DNA of 64,000 bases. Origin: a virus. Of this stretch, positions 50,410 to 58,467 are shown piece by piece. The first letter of the stretch is position 1, and every line of letters begins with the position of its first letter. The position numbers were made by a program, and so were the translations under genes. The notes under the pieces are model-generated. The model was not told the DNA's origin. It searched no databases and saw only the letters and a program-made list of their open reading frames with translations. The DNA lies in the IMG/VR virus record IMGVR_UViG_3300022555_002641, positions 1-64,000 of that record, one strand, 5' to 3'.

Positions 50410-51332
50410 GAAAATTTCTTACCTGTGAACCTGAACGGAACATTATATGTATTATAAGGTTTTGAAAAATATCCAGATGTTACAGCCCAACTACTTAAAA
50501 TAATCTTAACCCGCCTATTTTTAGTTCCATCATTTACAACCTCAATTTTATTGATGGCTTTGGCTTTTAGCATATGAAGTTGAGGAGCACTTTCGATCCT
50601 CTTTGTTCTCATATTCATTGCTTTGTGTGATCTATCAAAGAAGATTATGTAATCATATGGCAATCTTTCAAAAATGGAATTATAATTTGACATTTCAATT
50701 AATGTTGGTTCAATAGTTATTGATTGATTTTTTACTCTATACTTGACGTTTTCAGAAATGGTCTTTATTTTTATACCATCTCGTTCACCAGTTGCACGAT
50801 CCAATCTCCAAAGATCAATCCCAGATTCGTGAGACTCTACAACATCATAATTCTTTTTCCATAAATGCTTTAGAATATTTCTTGTTACACTTTCACTATC
50901 CTTTGAAATTTTAATTGTTTTCGCTACAATATCAGTCAAGTCCCTAATATTTTTATCATTAAATATTTTATCAATTACATTATCCAACTGCTGAAGTTTT
51001 ACTAAATCATCATCTGAAGTAGATAACAAATCTAATTTAAACATGAAATTTATTTTGGCAAGAACCCCATTATTTATTGGTAGTTTGTTAAAAATTCCGA
51101 TATGATCATTGTTGTAGTCCTCAATCGATTGTATAAAATATTTCACATATTCATCGTTACCATTATATTTTAATAAATACATATAGAAATATAATTTCAT
51201 CAATGATGAATAACAAAGTTTTGTGATTGAATTCTTTTTCAACCCCTGCCCACGAAATAATTTAATGTCTGGATCAAGGATAAAATAATTATTATCCTTT
51301 GTTTGAATGAATGATTTTTGAAGAAGTTCCAT
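50406..51332 (-). CDS. Hypothetical protein, possible PD-(D/E)xK-like nuclease fold
   Basis: E..GIDL...GIKIKT..DYIIF. Confidence 0.45.
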   Translation of the reverse strand: MELLQKSFIQTKDNNYFILDPDIKLFRGQGLKKNSITKLCYSSLMKLYFYMYLLKYNGNDEYVKYFIQSIEDYNNDHIGIFNKLPINNGVLAKINFMFKLDLLSTSDDDLVKLQQLDNVIDKIFNDKNIRDLTDIVAKTIKISKDSESVTRNILKHLWKKNYDVVESHESGIDLWRLDRATGERDGIKIKTISENVKYRVKNQSITIEPTLIEMSNYNSIFERLPYDYIIFFDRSHKAMNMRTKRIESAPQLHMLKAKAINKIEVVNDGTKNRRVKIILSSWAVTSGYFSKPYNTYNVPFRFTGKKFS

Positions 51333-51681
51333 AATTATGTTGGCAGAATTGTTCAAAGTTTTTTAGTTTATCATCTTCTGCTTGTTTATTATATCTTTCT
51401 TCTTCCTCTTGGTTTAAAATATCTAACTCTTCTTCATTTCTTTTTCTAAGATATTCCATTAAATATTCACGCATATCTATAGAAAATAATCTGCCATAAT
51501 ATGCCATTGTAAAAACTGGTTTCCTTGTTCCACGGTTTATTGCGATATGCTTATGATACGGAATTGTTAAAAGCCCATAACCAGTCCATTCTTCAATTAC
51601 AACACTACCTTCTTCGTTATGATGAAACTTTACGTCTTCAATTTTTATTTTCGAAAAGTTTTGTATCTTTGCAAGCTTCAT
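51292..51681 (-). CDS. Hypothetical protein
   Basis: 129 aa; N-terminus MKLAKIQNFSKIKIE; divergent from the CCA gene across TATATA. Confidence 0.6.
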   Translation of the reverse strand: MKLAKIQNFSKIKIEDVKFHHNEEGSVVIEEWTGYGLLTIPYHKHIAINRGTRKPVFTMAYYGRLFSIDMREYLMEYLRKRNEEELDILNQEEEERYNKQAEDDKLKNFEQFCQHNYGTSSKIIHSNKG

Positions 51682-51727
51682 AAACGTGTACTGTTTTTTA
51701 ATATATATTTAAAATCAAAAATCAATT

Positions 51728-53020
51728 ATGATAGCTACCAAATATACAGATTTTTTACTTGAAAACCGTATCAAAATGAAGATAGACCTTCCAGAGGATA
51801 TTTATCTCATTAAGAACGAGTTTAGTAAACATAATAAAAAACTTTATGTTGTTGGTGGGTTTGTTCGTGATTGGATAGAAGCCGTTAGTAAATTCAATAA
51901 AGAAAATGGAACTGAATTCAAACGTCCTATTTCACACGATATTGATTTGGTTACAGATGCATTACCAGAAGAATCAAAAAAAATACTTAAAGGTAAATTT
52001 CGTGTTTCTGAGGAACAAGGCAAAAATTTTGGGGTTTTAAGAATTTACACTGAAAGCGAACCATTAGGATATGAGCTGGCAACTTTTCGATTAGATATAT
52101 CAAAAGGTCGTGACACAAAAGGAAATGATAAAAAAGTTGATTTTGGTTCCCATGTCACTATTGAAGATGATGTTAAACGAAGGGACCTAACACAAAATGC
52201 GTTATTCTATGATATTGATAAGGAAGAAATTGTTGATTTAGTTGATGGGGTTTATCACATTAAGCAAAATATTATATCAGCAGTTGGCGATCCAGTTCAA
52301 AGATTTAACGAAGATAGGCTTCGTATACTTAGGTCAATTCGATTTGCATCCAGAACGCTTGCTAATATAGATAAGAAGACCTCAGACGCTATTATGAATG
52401 ATAGAAGGCTCAGGAACATATCTGATATTGATGATGTCTCACAAGAGCGTATTTTTGAAGAATTTAAAAAGACAGTTGATTGGTGCAGAGATCACGGAAA
52501 GACCGACTCTTTAATGTTTTATCTCAAGTTACTCAAGAAATACCATTTATTTGAAGAGATGTTTCCTGATGTTAAAATAAACATTGAGGGTATTGATACA
52601 TTTGACCTTGCTATAATTTTCGCTTTATTGTTCAGGAATAATATCCCAGACAGATCACTTGAAAGTAAATTAGCCGAATTTAAGATTTCAAATTCAACTA
52701 AAGAGCCTAAGAAGCTTCTGGATAAAACTATCTTTTTGATTCAATTGAGAAATAATATTGAGAATATTGAAAAAATTCCAGAACTAAATAAAAAACGAAA
52801 GCAGATTGGAATTGATTATATAACAATCAAAAAGTTTTTTGATATTGAATATAAATCATCAAATCAAAGAAAGTTTGTCAATTGCTTTTTGGAATATGAT
52901 CCAAAAATTAGTGGAAAAGATTTAATTGCTTATGGAATTAAAGGTGTCGAAATAGGTAATGAAATCCGTAGAAGAGAAATTGAAGATTTTCAAAACTTAC
53001 TGGATAAATATAAAAAATAG
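51728..53020 (+). CDS. cca: tRNA nucleotidyltransferase (class II CCA-adding / poly(A) polymerase family)
   Basis: LYVVGGFVRD, DIDLVT, ELATFR, DVKRRDLTQNALFYD, RFNEDRLRILR..RF, SQERI. Confidence 0.9.
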   Translation: MIATKYTDFLLENRIKMKIDLPEDIYLIKNEFSKHNKKLYVVGGFVRDWIEAVSKFNKENGTEFKRPISHDIDLVTDALPEESKKILKGKFRVSEEQGKNFGVLRIYTESEPLGYELATFRLDISKGRDTKGNDKKVDFGSHVTIEDDVKRRDLTQNALFYDIDKEEIVDLVDGVYHIKQNIISAVGDPVQRFNEDRLRILRSIRFASRTLANIDKKTSDAIMNDRRLRNISDIDDVSQERIFEEFKKTVDWCRDHGKTDSLMFYLKLLKKYHLFEEMFPDVKINIEGIDTFDLAIIFALLFRNNIPDRSLESKLAEFKISNSTKEPKKLLDKTIFLIQLRNNIENIEKIPELNKKRKQIGIDYITIKKFFDIEYKSSNQRKFVNCFLEYDPKISGKDLIAYGIKGVEIGNEIRRREIEDFQNLLDKYKK

Positions 53021-53143
53021 GAGGCAGCTTCCTCACACTCGCAACGTGCGATCAGGACTTTAACCTGAGCCTCCCGATTGACAATTTAATCCATTTACAC
53101 TTATTGCCATGGCTCCAGTAAAAGAATATTAAATTGCTTATTG
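53015..53143 (-). ncRNA. Putative structured ncRNA (5' hairpin plus multi-stem tRNA-like domain)
   Basis: GC-rich island with stems GGGAGGC/GCCUCCU, UCAGG-UUAAAGU-CCUGA, UCGCA-CGU-UGCGA, CAAUUUAAU/AUUAAAUUG; TATATATA upstream and U-tract downstream. Confidence 0.45.
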
Positions 53144-53151
53144 TTATATAT

Positions 53152-53184
53152 AAAAAAAGCCCGATGATTGTCGGGCTTTTTTTT
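53152..53184. terminator. Bidirectional terminator
   Basis: A7-GCCCGA-TGATTG-TCGGGC-T8. Confidence 0.85.
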
Positions 53185-53186
53185 AT

Positions 53187-54500
53187 TTAAAGAATTGTCA
53201 AAATTCATCCACGATGTCTTTAGCATCGTGGATGAATTTTGACGAACAGGTTTGAAAATATATTTTTGAAAAAAATGACTTTTTAGATTTAATATATATT
53301 TATGAAAAAGGAAAAGTTTTCATAAGTTATGTTAAAATCGTTTAAATATAGAATCTACCCAACACAGGAACAAAAAGATTTGATGCAAAAAATCTTTGGT
53401 CAGGTTAGATTCGTGTATAATCTTGGATTGGAAACCAAAATAACTGCTTATAATGGTAATAAGAAAAATATAACCAGTATAGACCTTTCAAACCAAATTA
53501 AAGAACTTAAAGATACTGAATGTCCTTGGTTAAAAGAATCACCGTCACAGGCATTACAAATGTCTGTACGAAATCTGGATAACGCTTATACAAACTTTTT
53601 CAGGGGATTTGGTTTTCCAAAATTCAAGAACAAACATTCAAAACAATCATTTCAGTTGCCACAAGGAGTTTGGTTATCAGATGACAATAAACAAATTTAC
53701 TTACCTAAACTTAATTTGGTTGGTATAGATTTACATAGAATATTTAAAGGCGATATAAAAACCGTAACAGTATCAAAGACAATAACAAATAAATATTATG
53801 TTTCAATTCTGGTTGAAAATCATCAAATTAAACCAGAAAAGAAACTAATAAAATTAGAAAGTAGTGTTGGTATAGACCTTGGTATCAAGGATTTTGTGAT
53901 TACATCAGATGGAAAGAAATTCGAGAACAAAGATTTCTTTAAATCTGTGATGCGAGAACTTCGTGTTGAACAAAGGTCACTATCAAGGAAAAAGAAAGGT
54001 AGTAATCATTATTTGAAACAAAAAATGGTTGTTGCCTTACTTCACGAGCATATCAGAAATCAAAGACAGGATTATCTACATAAAATATCTAAGTATCTTG
54101 TTGATAACTATGATACTATTTGTATGGAAAATCTCAATGTGTCTGGGATGGTTAAGAATCATAATTTAGCCAGAGCTATATCAGATATGGGTTGGAATGA
54201 GTTCAAGTCTATGATTGAATATAAGTGTGATTGGTATGGAAAAAATTTAAGTGTGATTGGTAGATTTGATCCATCCAGTAAAACTTGTAATGTTTGTGGA
54301 ACAATCAATAAAGACTTGAAACTATCAGACCGTGAATGGACTTGTAAGAAATGTGATTCAACACACGATAGAGATACCAATGCTGCGTTAAATATAAGAA
54401 ATTTTGGGTTGAGGAACCATCCCAGCGTCACTCAAAGTGAATGGTTACATTGTGCTTGTGGCGTAGAAACTACGACATCTTTAGTGTCGTAGTAGTTCAT
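53187..54500 (+). mobile_element. IS200/IS605-family (IS1341-like, TnpB-only) element
   Basis: Left 20-bp hairpin 53197-53243 and right hairpin 54469-54493 share the loop TCTTTAG; preceded by TTTAT; ends TTCAT; no tnpA in the window. Confidence 0.85.
53329..54492 (+). CDS. tnpB: RNA-guided endonuclease TnpB
   Basis: KYRIYPT HTH; RuvC GIDLG / MENLNV / DRDTNAA all intact; CNVC..CKKC zinc finger. Confidence 0.93.
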   Translation: MLKSFKYRIYPTQEQKDLMQKIFGQVRFVYNLGLETKITAYNGNKKNITSIDLSNQIKELKDTECPWLKESPSQALQMSVRNLDNAYTNFFRGFGFPKFKNKHSKQSFQLPQGVWLSDDNKQIYLPKLNLVGIDLHRIFKGDIKTVTVSKTITNKYYVSILVENHQIKPEKKLIKLESSVGIDLGIKDFVITSDGKKFENKDFFKSVMRELRVEQRSLSRKKKGSNHYLKQKMVVALLHEHIRNQRQDYLHKISKYLVDNYDTICMENLNVSGMVKNHNLARAISDMGWNEFKSMIEYKCDWYGKNLSVIGRFDPSSKTCNVCGTINKDLKLSDREWTCKKCDSTHDRDTNAALNIRNFGLRNHPSVTQSEWLHCACGVETTTSLVS

Positions 54501-54516
54501 TTAGCACAAATTTTGT
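54400..54516 (+). ncRNA. Predicted omega-RNA (3' scaffold plus flanking guide); 5' end not determined
   Basis: TnpB omega-RNAs are known to derive from the tnpB 3' end and right end; hairpins TCACT-CAA-AGTGA and ACTACGACA-TCTTTAG-TGTCGTAGT. Confidence 0.55.
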
Positions 54517-55048
54517 CGGCACTATTTGTCGCCCCAAAACTGTATGGCTTTGAGATAACTTTGAATCCCATTGCGCATAACCAACCCATTACTTCAGTGT
54601 AAACTGAATTAGATTTATTGTTGGTCATTTTTCTACCATTCTTTGTTGACTTTTTTGGGTTTACGTCAACGTGAACTTCAACCAATCTTGTTGGAATAGA
54701 GTCATCGTAATAATTCTTATCGAACTTGTAGAAGTATTCTCCCCTGATTTCATTGTCGATGGAGTCAGCTACGGTATAAATATATTCTACTTCCTTACGA
54801 ATCTTCGTGGCAACATCCTTAATTTTAGGTACCCTGAACCTTGCGAAAACTACGTGAGCACCATGTCTTTTTTGTTCATTATAAAAGACAACTGTTACAG
54901 CATATGTAGTTTTTCTACCATGATTACTTGAGTCGGCACCAACAATTATTTTACATTGTCTGTCAATTGTTCTAATATAATTTAAAACATAAGATTCAAT
55001 ACTTTCGATTGATTCGCCTTTGAAATTCTTCCAGAATAATTTTTCCAT
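54497..55048 (-). CDS. RNase H-like YkuK (DUF458) family protein
   Basis: IIVGADS..T.YA..V..HGAHV; EVHVDVN; KP.SFGA...AD. Confidence 0.75.
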   Translation of the reverse strand: MEKLFWKNFKGESIESIESYVLNYIRTIDRQCKIIVGADSSNHGRKTTYAVTVVFYNEQKRHGAHVVFARFRVPKIKDVATKIRKEVEYIYTVADSIDNEIRGEYFYKFDKNYYDDSIPTRLVEVHVDVNPKKSTKNGRKMTNNKSNSVYTEVMGWLCAMGFKVISKPYSFGATNSADKICAK

Positions 55049-55070
55049 AGTGTTTATTTGTTTTTGTTAT

Positions 55071-55109
55071 AAAAAAAAAGCCATCCTTTGTGTGGGATGG
55101 CTCTTTTTT
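55071..55109 (-). terminator. Terminator in the 5' leader of the YkuK gene (attenuator)
   Basis: AGCCAUCC-CACACAAA-GGAUGGCU followed by U8 on the minus strand, about 22 nt before the ATG. Confidence 0.75.
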
Positions 55110-55132
55110 ACTAAAAAGTTTACATTATACCA

Positions 55133-55216
55133 TCACCGATGTTTATATAGATCACTTGTGAACTGGATTGCCCAGCCACAATTTCCTGATTCATGTGAAT
55201 ATGGTTTCGTTTTCAT
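55133..55216 (-). CDS. Putative 27-aa leader peptide
   Basis: MKTKPYSHESGNCGWAIQFTSDLYKHR* right after TTAATATATAG. Confidence 0.45.
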   Translation of the reverse strand: MKTKPYSHESGNCGWAIQFTSDLYKHR

Positions 55217-55310
55217 GGTACTATATATTAATATTTTTTGTTCAAGTTTTATTTATTTTCTAATTCAAGTTTGCAAAAGTAAACATTTATATATAAATAA
55301 AAAAATTATT

Positions 55311-55589
55311 GTGAAGAAATTTTCATTTTTGATATTATTTTTTCTTTTTGCTGGCTGTGATAGACTTGCGGATTATAACGGTAATAGTCACATTAATGGT
55401 AAAGTTCCGCCAGTCACAATCATTGCAATGGATACAATTTCTAAATCTGTATTATTTCGTGATGGTGATAATAAAGTTTTCACAATAACCGATAATTCAA
55501 CCACCAGAGCAATTTGTAAATCTTTACATGTTGGTGATACTATAAGATTAGATTACCAAGTAACTTCGGTTAGCGGGAATATTAAATAA
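55311..55589 (+). CDS. Lipoprotein
   Basis: GTG start, MKKFSFLILFFLFAG-C lipobox. Confidence 0.7.
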   Translation: MKKFSFLILFFLFAGCDRLADYNGNSHINGKVPPVTIIAMDTISKSVLFRDGDNKVFTITDNSTTRAICKSLHVGDTIRLDYQVTSVSGNIK

Positions 55590-55614
55590 TCATAAAATTT
55601 TATTAACTTTGCAT

Positions 55615-56412
55615 ATGGACTTATATTTCATGGGGGATTCCCACGGTAAATGGAAATCATTTGAAGATATTATCACAAGACAAAATGTTACAGATGCTGT
55701 AATATATCATCTTGGTGATGGTGCATTTGGATTTAATAAACGTATGGAAGATATTTATATTCTTACCAAATTAAATGATTTTTGTGTAAATCATAATATA
55801 ATATTGTATAATATTCATGGTAACCATGATGACCCATATTTTTTCAAAGATGAAAAAGATTTGGTTAATCGATTAAAATCTGACGATGCTCATGTTGGGG
55901 ATTGGACAAAAAATGATATTATATACCAGAAAACATATTCTAATCCTGAAGAGTTCGCCAGCATAATAAAAAATCTTTCTAATATAAAATTTGTGAAAGA
56001 TTACGAAATTACAAATGTTAATGGGTTAAATATTCTTGGAATTGGAGGGGCTATTAGCATTGATCGCATATCCAAACGAAAAAAATTACTCTACTTTCCA
56101 GAAGAAGAAGTTACTTATAATGTTAAAGTTAAAAAACTAAAAAATATTGATATTGTTGCGTCCCATAGTTCTCCAATATTCTGTGAGCCATTTGAAATTT
56201 CAGATATTGTTCACGATTGGGCGTATTATGATCGCACATTATTAGCTGAAATTGACAAAGAACGAAAATTACTTGCCAAAATATATGATGAATTATCAGT
56301 AAATAATAAAATTGCTTACTATTTCTATGGTCATTTCCATCAAAATTATAAAACTGTTAAAAATGATACAACTTTTATTTGTCTGCCGCCTATAATATTG
56401 ATAAAAATTTAA
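55615..56412 (+). CDS. Calcineurin-like metallophosphoesterase
   Basis: GDSHG, HLGD, GNHD, GGAISID, SHS.P, YGHFH. Confidence 0.85.
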   Translation: MDLYFMGDSHGKWKSFEDIITRQNVTDAVIYHLGDGAFGFNKRMEDIYILTKLNDFCVNHNIILYNIHGNHDDPYFFKDEKDLVNRLKSDDAHVGDWTKNDIIYQKTYSNPEEFASIIKNLSNIKFVKDYEITNVNGLNILGIGGAISIDRISKRKKLLYFPEEEVTYNVKVKKLKNIDIVASHSSPIFCEPFEISDIVHDWAYYDRTLLAEIDKERKLLAKIYDELSVNNKIAYYFYGHFHQNYKTVKNDTTFICLPPIILIKI

Positions 56413-56416
56413 GATT

Positions 56417-56815
56417 ATGAATAAAGATGATGTTGAAGAATTGTTTAAAGAATCATTAGCAGAACTTGATGTGTACGCAAATGAAGTACGAAAAGTCAAG
56501 CAAGTTATAAGGATGGTTATTGAAAATATAGATTTAGTAAAAGATGATGTTACAGACGAACAAATTGCAAGCATGTCATCTGATGTTAAATTAAAAGTAA
56601 ATAGAGCTATTGCAATTGTAAAAGATATTTTGGCGGATTCCAAAGAGCTTGAATCTTTTATTAATGAAATAAAATTACTGAAAAGAAAAAGGCTCCGAAG
56701 GATTAGACAGGATGTATCTAAGGCTGAGGAAGCATCAATAAATAAATTGCTAATGCAAACCAAATTAAATAGAATGAAATCTATGTTTTCGAATACCAAC
56801 AAAAAACAAGTTTAA
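56417..56815 (+). CDS. Coiled-coil hypothetical protein
   Basis: 132-aa helical ORF. Confidence 0.6.
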   Translation: MNKDDVEELFKESLAELDVYANEVRKVKQVIRMVIENIDLVKDDVTDEQIASMSSDVKLKVNRAIAIVKDILADSKELESFINEIKLLKRKRLRRIRQDVSKAEEASINKLLMQTKLNRMKSMFSNTNKKQV

Positions 56816-56867
56816 TTTTTTTTTATTCGAATTCTTTTACTATATTTGCCATCTAAAATTTTTGGCA

Positions 56868-57272
56868 ATGAAAATATCAGATATTTTAAAATCAAAGGGA
56901 ATATTCTCAAAAGATATTAAACAGCGATTCCAGCAAAATCAAATAAAGATTAATGGCGTTGTTGTCGATGATATTGATATTTTTGTTCATCAGATTTTTG
57001 ATGGTCCTGATTGGTTTTTCACACATTTCTTTTCAAAATTATCTCTAAAGAAAAGAAAAATGTTTGACATTCTTGTTATCATAAATGGTAATTTTGAAGA
57101 GTTCTTTGATGGCGGATTTACTTTAAACGGTATTGAATTTGATCAATTAATTCCAGAACTTGAAATTTTCAAATCTAATATCTTCCTGAGAGTTTCAAAA
57201 AAAGAATTTTTCATAATAGAATTAAAAATAATTGTTGAAATTAATTCAGAAGATACTACAACGTGGGATTAA
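56868..57272 (+). CDS. S4-like RNA-binding domain protein
   Basis: ISDILKSKGIFSKDIKQRFQQNQIKING..V.D; TATATTTG box at 56841-56848. Confidence 0.5.
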   Translation: MKISDILKSKGIFSKDIKQRFQQNQIKINGVVVDDIDIFVHQIFDGPDWFFTHFFSKLSLKKRKMFDILVIINGNFEEFFDGGFTLNGIEFDQLIPELEIFKSNIFLRVSKKEFFIIELKIIVEINSEDTTTWD

Positions 57273-57606
57273 CAACCTCAACAGTAATATTCTTCCCAGT
57301 TTCGTTTAATATTTGCGCTTCTATTCTGTGCTTTATTAAATTTGCTTCTACTTTCCTAAATCCCCTACCAACCCTTTGCCAATCGACATAAACTTTAATT
57401 GAATCTATTTCATCTTCATTTTGTTCTCGTATCTTTTTGAAAAGAGCTTCATCATTATCATAGTGCAATGGTGGGTTGGCATATCCACCCCCACCACCTC
57501 TTCTTTTAAAAATTATCACATAATTTACAAGAAGCATCCCTTTAGTAATATTTGAGATGTTTAATAAACCTTTAGTGACTAAATTAACAGCTATATGATT
57601 TGGCAT
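57256..57606 (-). CDS. Hypothetical (late operon) protein
   Basis: 116-aa ORF with a GGGGG linker. Confidence 0.6.
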   Translation of the reverse strand: MPNHIAVNLVTKGLLNISNITKGMLLVNYVIIFKRRGGGGGYANPPLHYDNDEALFKKIREQNEDEIDSIKVYVDWQRVGRGFRKVEANLIKHRIEAQILNETGKNITVEVVNPTL

Positions 57607-57610
57607 ATGT

Positions 57611-58219
57611 TTATAATTTTACAACTTTATAATCAATTAAAAGCCCAACATTGTCATATACAGCATTCATATTGTATGTGGCAAATTCATTAATATCGAA
57701 ATCGCAATCATCTTTAGTTTTAAATAGCTTAATAATAACAGATGTCAATCTATTTGATGAATCATATACATGATCACTTAAACGATAATTCTGCTGGGAT
57801 AATCCAAGGATATGTTTTATATCTAAACTAATTTCTTGTATACTTTCAGTTAATCCTGTAAGTACTGAATTAATAGGATCAATATTAGGGATATCGGTAT
57901 TTTTGGAAAGAATTGTTGATCCATTATTTATGAACGGTGTAGTGTAATCATCCGAATATAAATTATCATTAAATGTTACTGTAAGATTTTCTACTTTGAC
58001 AAGCCAATTATTTATAAGAAAATAATAACTTGGAGCATTTTGATTAACTGTTGTTGGATCACCGCCAAATGCCCTGAAAGCTGCCAGCCACTGTGAATTA
58101 TTATCCTGTAATACCCAATTCTTCCATTCCAAATAAAGATCAACTCGAACATCAATATCTGTTACGCCAGTGTTGATTATAATCAATCTATTTTGTCCAT
58201 CAAATTGAACTTTTGACAT
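57611..58219 (-). CDS. Putative virion protein
   Basis: MSKVQFDG..DLYLEWKNW..AFRAFGGDP; in the fibre operon. Confidence 0.65.
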   Translation of the reverse strand: MSKVQFDGQNRLIIINTGVTDIDVRVDLYLEWKNWVLQDNNSQWLAAFRAFGGDPTTVNQNAPSYYFLINNWLVKVENLTVTFNDNLYSDDYTTPFINNGSTILSKNTDIPNIDPINSVLTGLTESIQEISLDIKHILGLSQQNYRLSDHVYDSSNRLTSVIIKLFKTKDDCDFDINEFATYNMNAVYDNVGLLIDYKVVKL

Positions 58220-58235
58220 TGTTTTATTTTTATTT

Positions 58236-58445
58236 TTATATAAACCCAAAATCAGTAATTAGCACATTTGGTATTTCATTTAATGTATTTTCATCAAACA
58301 AAATATCATTTGTTGATCCATTTGTGCCAATTACCTCACTTGTTAATGGATTGTCGAATAATATATCATTTGTAGCACCACTAACTCCTATTATTTCCAT
58401 CTCAAAATAATCAGATTCTGAGAATATTATATCTACTATTGCCAT
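58236..58445 (-). CDS. Small acidic protein with an internal duplication (GATNDILFDN / GSTNDILFDE)
   Basis: 69-aa ORF. Confidence 0.55.
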   Translation of the reverse strand: MAIVDIIFSESDYFEMEIIGVSGATNDILFDNPLTSEVIGTNGSTNDILFDENTLNEIPNVLITDFGFI

Positions 58446-58467
58446 TTTATTTTAATTGATATATTTT

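Noticed and set aside
53020-53075. Canonical tRNA, SRP RNA, hammerhead or HDV-like ribozyme
   Set aside because: No anticodon arm or proper cloverleaf order; the SRP GNRA-capped motif and the CUGAnGA/GAAA and HDV cores are not matched
53329-54492. TnpB as a Cas12f/CRISPR effector or nuclease-dead TldR
   Set aside because: No CRISPR array, IS end hairpins present, and all three RuvC acidic residues intact
55020-55310. N-terminal extension of the 189-aa ORF in the track
   Set aside because: Spans a terminator and divergent promoters; the lipoprotein signal begins at GTG 55311
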